Of a stretch of 64,000 nt of DNA, positions 38,761 through 50,967 are shown one piece after another. The notes under the pieces were generated by a model. It had not been told where the DNA came from. It worked only from the letters and a program-made list of their open reading frames with translations, and made no database searches. The stretch's first letter is position 1. Every line of letters begins with the position of its first letter. The translations under genes and the position numbers were made by a program. Source of the stretch: Antedon mediterranea (lineage: Eukaryota; Animalia; Echinodermata); contig NC_092672.1 in assembly GCF_964355755.1 (NCBI RefSeq), forward strand, positions 14,322,001 through 14,386,000, in the 5' to 3' direction.

Positions 38761-41028
38761 GCTGTCGCGGGCAGAGTTACTTATATTTGTACTTATATCT
38801 ATGAATGGTTTAGTATTGTGTATCTTCTCAGAGTTTACCAATTGCAAGATACAATCATTATTTTTATTTTTTTATTGTTTTTTTCACTGATTTTTAACTT
38901 AAATATGCCTATACTTTTGACTATACAAGAAACACATATCTAGCATCCATGCATATTATCGCACTAACATCCTCACGATATATGTTTATGCGCATGCGCA
39001 TTCGATGTAATCACAAATTATCATATTTACGTAAAACAAAATTGTACAGCCTAGTAATAAAATGGAATGGAAAATGATCGATGTTTTTCGATTTTTTTCT
39101 ACATCTAGGCCTAATTGTTGTTGGATCGCACTTTTATTGTCCATTATCAATAGTGAAATAAAATCGAAGAATTATTCGTTCAACATTTCAATAATTATTC
39201 GTTCTTAATTTTATTGAAACAAAAAAAACCATTTGTGTTCTTGATTAGAAATAATAATGCATTAGCATGACTAGTAAGACCCATAATGAAGCCACCATGG
39301 CATATCAACATGCATACAGAGACAGGGAATAGTAAAATAGAATTGCTCTGACATTTCTCAAATCTTATTTGCATTTTGGTTTAAAAAAAAACAAATATAC
39401 CACACTGAATAAGTAAGAGACGTTCGAAAATGCAAAGCTCTTGATTGAGTCATTTGTTTACCAACTTCAGTCATAGAACTAAAATCCTTTAAACTCCAAA
39501 AATCACATTGAATTTGTTTGTACTGTTCACATCTTGAATAAATGTAAATTTTATTTAGTCGAACTTTTGGTTGTCGTTTACCACTAGTACCATTGTTGCA
39601 CAGCAATTAAAAACAATTAGGCCTAAACAGCATTCGGAAAACACACCTATTCAGGACTAATCGTTTAACCTAAATGCGTTTAAATCGGCAATAACTAATT
39701 ATCTAACTTAGTACTAATTAATTACTAATTAGTATACTGGTTTTCATTAGTTGGTAAAATTCAATATGTTATGCTCAATTCTCAAATTCTTAAAACTCAC
39801 GTAAACGAATAATAATATATATCCATTGGTGGTCTATTGGTTATGTTCTAAATCGTCATGTTCATTTAAATATTCTTAAACTAGAATGTTTGAGTAGAAA
39901 CATATACAAAACGAAGGAATTTTCGTTTTGGAAAACCATTGCAGATATGTAATATTCATGTGTTAGTGAACGATACTATATCTTTTATAATCAAATTTCT
40001 ATAAAAAGTGTTGTCACCTGATGTTATGTATACATTAAATATCAATTGGCGCTTTTACGTCGTCTGCATACCATCATTTATTATTATTCTTCGAGTATTG
40101 AATCTCTTAAACAAATACATCTCACAATCTCCATGGTTTTCAAGTTAATAATCAACCCACACACTGCTATAAAACAATAAAGTATAACTTGCAGTTTGAT
40201 TAATTACAAATAAATATAAACAATTAACCACAGAGTGAATAAACAGTAAATTGAATAGAAAATGGAAGTTGATAAGGAAACAAAATTAATATGATATAGC
40301 CTACCTTCAAACAAACTAGCGTCATTATTACAAGATTGTTTCAGCAAACATGCAATTTCAACAATTTTAGTAATTTATTTGCAAACATAAACACCGTAAT
40401 ATTATTATTTATTTTTTATATAAATTATCGAAAGTTACGAAGTAGAACATGTGAATTGAAATTTAGAATAAAAATAAAGGAATAAAAGGAAAATTAGATA
40501 TGGCGAGGAGTGTAACATTCACTTCAATCAATCGCGCTGTTTAAAATAATATTAAGCTGATTAAAGATGATAAGAATAGCCAGAGTACCGTTTATGGTTA
40601 TGATTAAATCGCCTCTTGTATGTATTGCCTGTATGCTTAATTACTTACACATTTAATTATGATGTAGGTTTACGTCATTTATACTATTATATTTTACATC
40701 TAATAATCGACTCATAAATCCAATAGCGTAAAATTCAATATATTTCATTGTGAATGGTTGCTATGTAATATGCTACAAAACCCTAGAAAGATCGTTCCAG
40801 TTTGCAAACAGAGTTAAGTCATTTTGTTTTGTCATTACACTACTCGAGTAGAAATAATCATCATTGAACGAATATTAAATTACATATGTCTGTCCATATA
40901 GGTGGCGTGGTAATTATAAGTAAAGTGATACCTGCAGTTGTATACGGTTGAATAAGTCGATTTTTTGTCATTCAATTGATAATTTACTGGTGGCTTAGCA
41001 ACCTTTTATATAATAATAATGATGCATT

Positions 41029-41151
41029 TATATATAAGACACAAGGAACAGCTAAGGTAACTTTACGACGAGTAACTAACGGTTCGCACGGAAGTCTCCT
41101 TCATTTGGCCTACTGATAATCAACTAACTTATTTTATTCGTTTGAAAAAAG
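41029..41151 (+). promoter_or_regulatory. Putative TATA box and non-coding first exon of paralogue C
   Basis: TATATATAAG at ~41029-41038, consensus donor AAG|GTGAGT at 41151/41152, and acceptor TTTTATTTTCAG ending at 41978. An in-frame TGA at 41143-41145 makes the exon non-coding. Confidence 0.5.
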
Positions 41152-41802
41152 GTGAGTAGGCTACTTTAGATTTGAAAAGAAAGTAAAAAACATTTAATCT
41201 AATAGGTACAGATGACATAAACCAGTTTTTCTTGTAATGTTTCATTTCAAGTTACTACTTGAATAGGCTATTATTTTCCATGGTTCAGGTTACGTTCCAA
41301 ATCAAATTACATTCCAATTCATTCTATCGCCTATTTTATATAAAAATATTAATAAAACCTTTTATTGTATTATCTGTATTTGAAATTTCACATTAACGGC
41401 TTTGCGATTCAGTCAGTTTACATATTTTATACATATTTTATATAATATATATTTAAAAATATTTACTCCCTTACATCCTTTTCCTGTTAAAATATCACGG
41501 CCGTGCATGTCTCCAACTTGGCATGCAACAACTTTTAATTTAATTTTTAATGAAACGGTGTTACTAACTAATGCGTAATTATTTCACATCCATCCAATAT
41601 TCCCGAGTTTACACATTGTATCTCACTGAAATATAATCATTTATTTAATCATTAATTTATAATTATTATACATTTGTGCTTATATAATTGTTTTTCAAAT
41701 AAATGGTTGTTTCTTTCGAAAGGTGTATTTGATATCGATAATTATCTAATTGAAACAATTCGCTTCGCACGTTAGCTTAATTATGTAAGAGAAATTAGCA
41801 CG

Positions 41803-41955
41803 AATACATAATAAATAATAATACATAATAAATAATAATACATAATAAATAATAATACATAATAAATAATAATACATAATAAATAATAATACATAATAAA
41901 TAATAATACAGAATAAATAATAATACATAATAAATAATAATACAGAATAAATAAT
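41803..41955. repeat. 17-bp AT-rich minisatellite (AATAAATAATAATACAT)
   Basis: About 9 tandem copies immediately upstream of the paralogue C splice acceptor. Confidence 0.93.
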
Positions 41956-42011
41956 TAACAAATCAATTTTATTTTCAGGTTTATTCTATTAAATTATTAG
42001 CTATAAGAAAA

Positions 42012-43796
42012 ATGATGTCTAACAGAAACGTGAGGTCCACAGGTGATAACGACCAAGATACACTCAGTCTGGCGCTTTGTCCTTTTCACAATGACATGCG
42101 ACAAGATCGGTACTGTATATCATGCGACATACCTGTTTGTGACCAATGCATAAAAATATCTCACGAAAAACCTGGCCATAAGAAAGATTGTATCCAAAAT
42201 GTGATGTACAAATACAAGAAAACACTTAGTGACCTTACAGACCGGTCAAATAATATGCTGTCAAAAATAGATTTGGGAATGGTAGACACGTCAAATGTTC
42301 TGTCCAAGCTTCAAGAAGAGTATGACAAATGCCAATCAGACGTTGAAGATGCATATAAGGGGGCTGTTCTTATTCTAAACGAAAAGAGAAAAGAACTTAG
42401 AAAAGATCTCAACGATAAATTTTGTAAAAAACGTGATGTTTTAGAAGCTCAAAGAGAGAGATTATTGTCCGTACGGCAAGAAATTGTCATTATAAATCAA
42501 ACCTGTCAGCATCCCAGAGTTTACCAAGACCATGTTAGTGCTATTGCCTGGTTAAAAGATTCAACACAAAAAATGAGAGATATTGTGCATAACCCACCGA
42601 ACTATCTACCCGAGGAGAACAACCGAATTACATTTGCCGAAGACGACGAATTTGTAGATATGCTTGAGAAAACAAGTTTAGGATTTATTAAAACAACATC
42701 AGCTGTTGGTTTCACTTCGTCGATAAATACAGGGGAATTGCAAGACGTGCATACTGGTGAAAGTTTACGATTGTTTCTAACTGCAAAAGATTCACGTGAC
42801 AATGATGTTAAAAATGGAGGAGCTGATGTGACTGGAGAGCTGAAGCATCCTAGTCATCCTAAACAATACGCTAACATTCTTGACAACCAAGATGGAACCT
42901 ACTCTATAGAGGTCTCACCCCTTTTCCCCGGTGATTGTGTTTACACAATAAAGCTTTTCGAACAATTAATTAAAGAAGGTAAATTAGACATAAAATGCCA
43001 GCCATCTGTGGGAGATGTACTAGAATTCACGCATACCGATTTTCGAGACAGGCCACCATTCAACATATCAGTGTCAACAGATGGTGATATTTATGTCACT
43101 AACAGAACAAAAATAGTTTACATTTTCAACAGAAATGGAAGGTTCCTGAGGAAATTAGAAGTAGATCCAGCAAGCGAAATACAAGGAATTGCTGTCACCA
43201 TGGACAGAGTAATGTTTATGACAGATCACGTCAAGAGACAAGTGTTTAAGTGCAATTCAGATGGCAAACTCTTACGTCGTTTTGGCAAAAATGAGATGGT
43301 TGACCCTGTAGGAATATGTGTTGATAAAGACTGCTACACATACGTCGTCGATCATGGAGCACATTGCATATTGAAATATGACAGCATTGGTAATAGGGTT
43401 AAGTCTTTTGGACCAGAGTTTGCCCTTCCACATCGACTACTCTCACCGTGGTTCATAGAGTCTTGTGGAGAAGAATTAATTGTCTCAGACACTTGGAATC
43501 ACAGGATTCAAAAGTTTACAAAGCATGGTGCACAAATATCGATGTTTGGTGCCAGAGGTTCTAAAGATGGTCAATTTGAACGCCCGAAAGGCATCACCTG
43601 TGACAAAGATAGTAATATATTGGTCAGTAGTGAACACCATGTTCAATTATTTGACAAAAGTGGTAACTTTGTCAAATTTGTTGACAATGGGAAACGTCTG
43701 GTTGACCCACGTGGGTTGTGCGTTATTCCAGGGGAATGGAGGCGTGTGGTAGTAGCAGAATGGGGAAATTCACGTATAAGAATATTTGCTTATTAA
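42012..43796 (+). CDS. RING-less TRIM-NHL protein, paralogue C
   Basis: 594-aa ORF. B-box CPFH...YCISCDIPVCDQC...H...H, coiled coil, filamin DNQDGTYSI and NHL repeats (GQFERPKGITCD). The C-terminus IPGEWRRVVVAEWGNSRIRIFAY closely matches paralogue A. Confidence 0.92.
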   Translation: MMSNRNVRSTGDNDQDTLSLALCPFHNDMRQDRYCISCDIPVCDQCIKISHEKPGHKKDCIQNVMYKYKKTLSDLTDRSNNMLSKIDLGMVDTSNVLSKLQEEYDKCQSDVEDAYKGAVLILNEKRKELRKDLNDKFCKKRDVLEAQRERLLSVRQEIVIINQTCQHPRVYQDHVSAIAWLKDSTQKMRDIVHNPPNYLPEENNRITFAEDDEFVDMLEKTSLGFIKTTSAVGFTSSINTGELQDVHTGESLRLFLTAKDSRDNDVKNGGADVTGELKHPSHPKQYANILDNQDGTYSIEVSPLFPGDCVYTIKLFEQLIKEGKLDIKCQPSVGDVLEFTHTDFRDRPPFNISVSTDGDIYVTNRTKIVYIFNRNGRFLRKLEVDPASEIQGIAVTMDRVMFMTDHVKRQVFKCNSDGKLLRRFGKNEMVDPVGICVDKDCYTYVVDHGAHCILKYDSIGNRVKSFGPEFALPHRLLSPWFIESCGEELIVSDTWNHRIQKFTKHGAQISMFGARGSKDGQFERPKGITCDKDSNILVSSEHHVQLFDKSGNFVKFVDNGKRLVDPRGLCVIPGEWRRVVVAEWGNSRIRIFAY

Positions 43797-44184
43797 CTCG
43801 ACATACTAATTGTAAAGGACTATAATGTTGATTAATTAATTAATTATATAAATGAATGATCAAATACAATAACATAATTACATTTACTAGTAGTACTATA
43901 TATATTTATTGCATGAAATTATTTAGGTTAGATATTGGATGAGAACATCAGTGTGTAGTTAAAGGATGTAGGCCTAATAAATATTATTGATTGATATTAT
44001 GGTTATCGTAGTGGTAGCAATAATAAATATTAATATCAACTTCTGCAATATCAGAATTCAACATAGATGTTTAGTGAATGGTATTTTTGTTTTTAATCAC
44101 GATGGTTAGGCCTAGGAATGCATTTTACTGTTTAATGTTTTAAAATATAGGCATATACATAACTATAGGCATATATATATACAT

Positions 44185-44617
44185 ATATATAAACATATCG
44201 GTGATATACTGAAATTTTAATTAATTAATTTGAAACGATAAAGATGAGGAAATCTGTGAGAATGAGAAAAAGTCGCCCCAACCGAGACTCAAACTCGGAC
44301 CGCCTGCTTGATATGCAGATGTCCTAACCATTAGACCACTGGGGCTCTTTCATGGTATTGTTCAAACTGGATTGGATAGCGACTCTTTAACATTCTCGGC
44401 GTGGTGTACGGCGGAACAGCACTAGCCCTCAGTTGTACGCACGCGCAACAGAGATCAAATTGATACGCCCTTATCTTTCAGTATTTTTATTCACGAGGCG
44501 GGATCTCCGAAGAGATACTTTTATATATATAAACATATCAGGCAAAGAACATTAATTCTAAACCGCCCGATGATATACTGAAATTTTAATTAATTAATTT
44601 GAAACGATATATATATA
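44185..44617 (-). mobile_element. Short direct-repeat-bounded element embedded in TA-rich sequence and carrying a tRNA-like module
   Basis: 39-bp direct repeat TGATATACTGAAATTTTAATTAATTAATTTGAAACGATA at 44202-44240 and 44571-44609, with TA runs on both sides. A solo similar repeat lies at ~59745-59790, also after a TA run. Confidence 0.7.
44274..44345 (-). tRNA. tRNA-like cloverleaf with anticodon ATC (Asp), probably a repeat-borne pseudo-tRNA or SINE head
   Basis: GCCCCAG-TG-GTCT-AATGGTTA-GGAC-A-TCTGC-ATATCAA-GCAGG-CGGT-CCGAG-TTTGAGT-CTCGG-TTGGGGC-G. All four stems pair, the discriminator is G73, and TTTTT follows 2 nt downstream. A32 and the T-loop TTT in place of TTC are non-canonical. 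Confidence 0.7.
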
Positions 44618-47600
44618 CAGTATATTTAATTGTTTAGTTCATCTTTATCCTTTGAATTAGTTATGTTGACGGTAACCAAATAGTAATGTGTGTTTACATC
44701 GATACAACACAATATATTTTATGAACAAATTATACGGGCAATACAAATTTGCTGATAGGACCTAATGGTTATAAGACCATACGGCATATATGCGTATTTA
44801 TAGTGTATTCCTTGTAATTGTTTTGAAATTGATTTTTACCAAATATATGAATAAATAAGCGCTTTGAATGATAACAATTGAATCCCCTTGAGCAGAACAA
44901 AACAAATATCATATTGTAGTGGATATAAAGGTTATTAATTTAATTATACATTTAATTATCAATATTATAGATGTGAATTAATATAATATAATCTATTTTA
45001 TATATTATAATATAATGTATTATTATTCCAGCAGATATGATACGACAGTAAAACGGGTGCAGGCTTTTTTCTATGGGACTTTTCTTAGGTACCCCATAAA
45101 AGATTGTTCATACGACCCATAAAATACATTATACTGATATATCCTTGCCAAAAAGATGAAATGTTTTGGAATGTATTACAAATTAAAATACTTGTACCAA
45201 CATTTTAAAAGTCCAAAAACAATGAAAATACTGTATGAGTTCTTTAATCGACGATTAATACTATGCAAATTGATAGCAAAAACAAGCAGCATTTAATATT
45301 CGATATATTAATTTTACAGTTTGTATTAATTATAATACTCCAATATATTATACAGTGTATTATAAACTTTTAGAGAGAATTCTATTTAGCCGCCTTTAAA
45401 AGCATTCAACCTTAAACTACTAAACCATGAATACATTACTCTTTATACAGACATTCCATTTATTACCGCAATCTTAATATTTGGGAAACATTGTTATTCT
45501 TATATAGGCCTATATATTATTCACCTTTAAAAGTATATACACACAATCGGCAAGAATTACATCAACCACAATTCTTATCTACTATCAATACACCAACAAG
45601 TAGAATATTATTTAAACATTTATATATCTGAAATAGTTACAGTACTATCAAAAAATGTATTTATTTTATTGGTCAATTATTTTACTTTAGTATTTGTTCA
45701 CATAAGCATTCCATTTACACTCGAGTTTTAATTGGTAACTATTTCAAAGCACCGTGTATAAAGGTTTGACTGAAAATAAAACAGCCAGATAGAATTTATT
45801 TTAATAATTACAACATACAATACACGGCAAACGCAGCATTGCGGTATCGCATACATAATATACATACACACATACTGTAATTATCTTTTGATTATTAATG
45901 TCTTGAAATGACATGGACAGTCACGATATATAACAATCATACAACGAAAAAAAAGAATCGTTGTGTACCTTATTTTAAATTATAACTACTAAACTGCATT
46001 TCAATTAAACTCTAGAAACATGAAATAGAAAATGACAGATAAATTAATCACATCTCAAGAATTATTTTTTGACCATTTTTTCCCAACGATCAATTTAACA
46101 CATAGTAACTAAACCTACAAATTCACAATAATAATAATAATAATAATGTTACATAATACAAAATGTATAAATTATGTTATTGAATAAAATACCTGTCTTA
46201 AGTAATAATTTGGAATTATCATGCAGTACTGTTTGGTCCGTCCGATTGCAGCACCTAATTTGTCCCACCACACATACTCGTGGTAAATGTACAGCTATTA
46301 AATTTAGAAAATTATAGTATTAAAAGTAACTAAGTAAGTGTGTATCGGTTCTGCGCACATACATCCTCTTCCACATCAAGTGTGGGTTTTGTTATGAAGC
46401 AGATAATAAATATATTCAATTTGAATTTGAATAATTTATATATTGACTACATTTTTAATTATCTCACTGCTGTGCCACCATGCATGTTTATTCACCCAAT
46501 TAAATGTTTTACGTCATTGAACATTTAAAAATGTCACAAAAAAACAAATCAAATTAGAACTAAATGATTAAAACGTAATGGAATGTTTGTCTCATGCTGT
46601 CCATGATGTAAAGTACTTTTAAGTGTTATCATCAAAATACATATAAAGTACAGTAAAAAGTAGCTTGATAAATGCCTGCGATCAGTGCCATTCATTACTA
46701 AAGAAGGCACATCATTCACACATGGTATAAACACAACAGCACCAGAACGTGCTCCTTATATTTACATTTTATTCTACTTAATACTAAAAAATGGCAAGAT
46801 GTGCCAAACGTGGACAACAAAATATCACCCGTGTCTTATTAATTGAAACTAACACATTTACTAGCCTTATTTTTTATATTTTTGTAAGGAAAAGTGCTCT
46901 AATAAGTTTCAATAAAAAATATATATATATATACAGAATATATGCCAATAGAAATATATTAATATTATAAAATATTATATATAATCAATGGAAATATATT
47001 TTTTAATGAATGAATTCATAATTTTTAAAATGTTCCTGTATATTGTTTAAAAATAAACATTCTGTAGATTTAATTTGGTAAAAGAATCAATTTCGATTAA
47101 AAGAATATTACTATTATGCAACATTAAAGTGTTAATTGTCCCCTGAAACATTCAGTATATCTTTAAGGAAAAGGAAAAATCTGTTCCAAAATACACACAC
47201 AAATAAACTTAATAAAGCCTTTTCCTACAATGTATTGTAATATATAAGCTGGCATTTTTAACCATTGATATTTTAACAGAATGTCCCTTGTGTCCAATAA
47301 CATGAAAAGCATTATGTCATATTATTTGTATAAGTGTACTTTTTCATGATGCATACCACAATACAAGGAAAGTATCAATTAGATATTAAAATTCTTGTTT
47401 TATCTGTGTTTCTTAATCTCCTAACAATTTTATCTTCTCACATTTCCTTTAGTTATTTTAAACCCAAATTAAATTCAGTGGATCTAACTTGATATGATTT
47501 GCTACGTTTGGGCTCACATGGGTCTACATGGTTACAAATGTCATATTTAACAAGAAATATTTCTTACAAAAAATGCAGCTCGACATTTTAAAATTAATCA

Positions 47601-48649
47601 TTGTTCTTTTGATTAATTTGTGATTAATTATTAAAAAGATGTCCTTTAATCGCAAAGATACATACAAATCACTGATAGGGGCCTAGTTCTTTAATTATGA
47701 ATCAAATGCCCATTTTTTCACTAGTTAATTGTATACAAAGCATTTGAAAGAAGACATGTGTACCTTTCCAAAAATGTATTATTTGCCAACAAATATTAAT
47801 CTACTACTTCAAATATGGCATTTAAAAATGGTCAATTTTTAACTTAATGGTGCCTTAGCCTGTTTATGTGTGACCTCAACATGAACTGTTGTAGGCATGC
47901 AACTGAATACCCTCTAGAGACAACGTGTGTGGTACAAGTGAAAATTCTTCTACAATCTGTTGATTCGCGTCAACCAATCAAAGGGCAAGAATCCAAAATT
48001 GTTCAACCGTGAGCCATCATAGACTCTCTTTTCCCAGACCTTTTTTTGGGTCCAGCAGCTTGGACCTATAAATTATAGTCAAGTTTCCAAATTCGCAAAT
48101 CTGTCGGCCTTAGATACTAAAGCTACCGGTATGAAACAGCTTATTAATGAATATTTCCTCATGGGTCATAGCTGGCTAGAGCAGCGGCGCGAAAAATGAC
48201 ATTTATTAGTCTAGGTTGTAGACCGTCTTTCGACTTAATTTTAGTAAATAAATATTTTGGCACATATGACGTTTCATACATGTAAAAATTAAAGGACTAA
48301 CATAGGTTGACTAACATAAAAAAGACTACAACTTGGAGAAAGTCAACACAATCACTTGTATAAGCTACACAAATACTGTATAAATAAAGCCTGAGTTTAC
48401 TAAATGCTAGATGCAAACAATTTTGAATCCATAAAAAAATGTTATATAAATAATAAATAAATATATTTTTTAGACTTTTAGATAACTTTTCAAACAGGCT
48501 GCTTAAATAGCGTTTATTTTTATTTTAACTTTTGTGCATTAATAAAGAATTTCCAATTGCAAAACTGAATGAATGAATTATGAAAAATAAATGTCCTTGC
48601 TTTGCTAAAATAAACCTATGTAGAATATGGGCATTATAGAATTCAATGA

Positions 48650-49640
48650 CGTGCTACCAGTATGAGGTATTATAATATCTATATGTGTCATCATAGAGAC
48701 GTGCTACCAGTATGAGGTATTATAATATCTATATGTGTCATCATAGAGATGGATATTCTATTCTATGCTACCATCCATAGATATAATATAATACTGTATC
48801 TCTGTTCCATCATAATGATTTTAATTCTAATATCTCTATGTACCATTATAGAGATGGTTAATACATATCTATGGTATCATCATAGAGATGGTTATAATAT
48901 ATATATGGTACCATCATAGAGATGGTCATTATAATATCTCTATGGTACCATCATAGAGATGGTCAATATAATATCTCTATGGTACCATCATTGAGATGGT
49001 CATTATAATATCTCTATGGTACCATCATAGAGATGGTTATTATAAAATCTCTATGGTAACATCATAGAGATGGTCATTATAATATCTCTATGGTACCATC
49101 ATAGAGATGGTCATTATAATATCTCTATGGTACCATCATAGAGATGGTCATTATAATATCTCTATGGTACCATCATAGAGATGGTCATTATAATATCTCT
49201 ATGGTACCATCATAGAGATGGTCATTATAATATCTCTACGGTATCATCATAGAGATGGTCAATATAATATCTCTATGGTACCATCATAGAGATGGTCAAT
49301 ATAATATCTCTATGGTACCATCATAGAGATGGTCATTATAATATTTCTATGGTACTATCATAGAGATGGTCATTATAATATCTCTATGGTACCATCATAG
49401 AGATGGTTATTATAATATCTCTATGGTACCATCATAGAGATGGTCATTATAATATCTCTATGGTACCATCATAGAGATGGTCATTATAATATCTCTATGG
49501 TACCATCATAGAGATGGTCATTATAATATCTCTATGGTACCATCATAGAGATGGTCAATATAATATCTCTATGGTACCATCATAGAGATGGTTATTATAA
49601 TATCTCTATGGTACCATCAGTATCTCTATGGTACCATCTA
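48650..49640. repeat. 37-bp palindromic minisatellite directly 3' of the CLCA stop codon
   Basis: Unit TATAATATCTCTATGGTACCATCATAGAGATGGTCAT, about 20 good copies (48850-49640) plus diverged copies at the left edge. Confidence 0.95.
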
Positions 49641-49658
49641 ATGAAAAGGTTATCAATT

Positions 49659-50080
49659 TTAAACTGCTTCAGGTTTAAACTTGGCTACTTGGTATCTTAC
49701 TGGAGGACTGCTGTTCTTTTTCCGTTTTCGTATATAACATACGATTCCAACCAATGCCAATATTGCCACTAATACAATTACTACATATATGATGATCATC
49801 AAATAATTTGTTTTTGCAAATGTTATTGACAAAATATTTGAGCGAGGGCCTCTGTTGCCAGCTGCATCAACAGCTACTATTGCAATTGCGACTATTGAAT
49901 CTTTCTCAATATCTAGAGGTACTTTGATTACAAGTTCTTCAACGCTATTGCTTAATTGTGGCTTATTAATATCTGTAACAGATTTAGACATTATATCATC
50001 TTTAGTAACTTGTGTTGCAGACTCAAAATTGTCAATCAGCTGTCGAAAGTCTAAACTAACACGGATGTCGTAGAAACTTG
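49659..50080 (-). CDS. CLCA: CLCA-family gene, terminal coding exon (end of FnIII-like domain, TM helix, cytoplasmic tail)
   Basis: AG acceptor at 50081-50082. Encodes ASFYDIRVS...IAIVAVDAAGNRGPRSNI...YLMIIIYVVIVLVAILALVGIVCYI-RKRKK, ending in stop TAA. Confidence 0.88.
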
Positions 50081-50398
50081 CTGTGGAATAAATAAAAACA
50101 AGTTAAGTATCTAACCATTAGTTGTATGCTGACATACCTATTAGGTATCTGTTTAAAAATTAAAGATTGTCTGTTTCCCAAAGGGACACTAAAAGATAGA
50201 CATTAATACTAACAAGATTAAAATAAAACAAGTGCTGATCACTTAACCAACATTTTGATATCTAAATATCTAGCTTTGCTGAAGCTACGCAAAATATCTA
50301 TTTTTTTTAACTTAAGTGTTTCAATTGCAATTTTGTTTTTTTTAATATTTTTTTTTAAAATTGGTTTTAGTTTGAAAAGAAAATTTAACTAAAATTAC

Positions 50399-50629
50399 CT
50401 TCACCATAGAAATAATTATCTCCTGGTGATAACCATGTAATAGTGACCTCTTTCTGTTTATAAGTTCCAATATCTTCTTTAACTTCCATAATCTGAAATA
50501 TGCTTGGTGGATGTATATCTACAGACTGGTCCTTAAAGTTTTTCACCCTGAAAGATCCTATTACTTTTGAAACTGTAAACGGATCAAGGTATGTATACTG
50601 CTCTTCTGTATGCCTTTTAGCCCGTTTTG
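50399..50629 (-). CDS. CLCA: CLCA-family gene, internal exon (231 bp, phase 1/1)
   Basis: AG/GT boundaries. Encodes AKRAKRH...GSFRV...DIHPPS...ITWLSPGDNYFYGE, matching the CLCA pattern D.FPP...L.WTAPGDD. Confidence 0.85.
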
Positions 50630-50755
50630 CTACAATAATAAGAAATGAAAGACTAAGAAAATAAATTCCTGTCATTTGATTGGACGATTGTGGGTCATAT
50701 GGCAAGCAATAAATAAATAAAAACGCAACTTCTATTCACATTAATATTATCATAG

Positions 50756-50794
50756 TCATGTCATGTCATGTCATGTCATGTCATGTCATGTCAT
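50756..50794. repeat. (TCATG)n microsatellite
   Basis: About 8 tandem copies. Confidence 0.9.
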
Positions 50795-50967
50795 CACCAT
50801 AAACATCTTCAGTATTTTCATTATTATCATATTTTTGTTATTTCCTAATTTTTCTTATTATTACAATTTGATCAACTTCATCAGTGGTATAACATTTTAA
50901 ATTTTAAAAATTCAAAATGCTCATATTTCTTACAATAGAAGTAAAGGTTTAAAAAGAAATACAAAAG

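Noticed and set aside
44274-44345. Calling this a functional tRNA-Asp gene
   Set aside because: The ATC anticodon, A32, the mutated T-loop/B-box and its position in a dispersed repeat favour a pseudo-tRNA, so it is reported only as tRNA-like.
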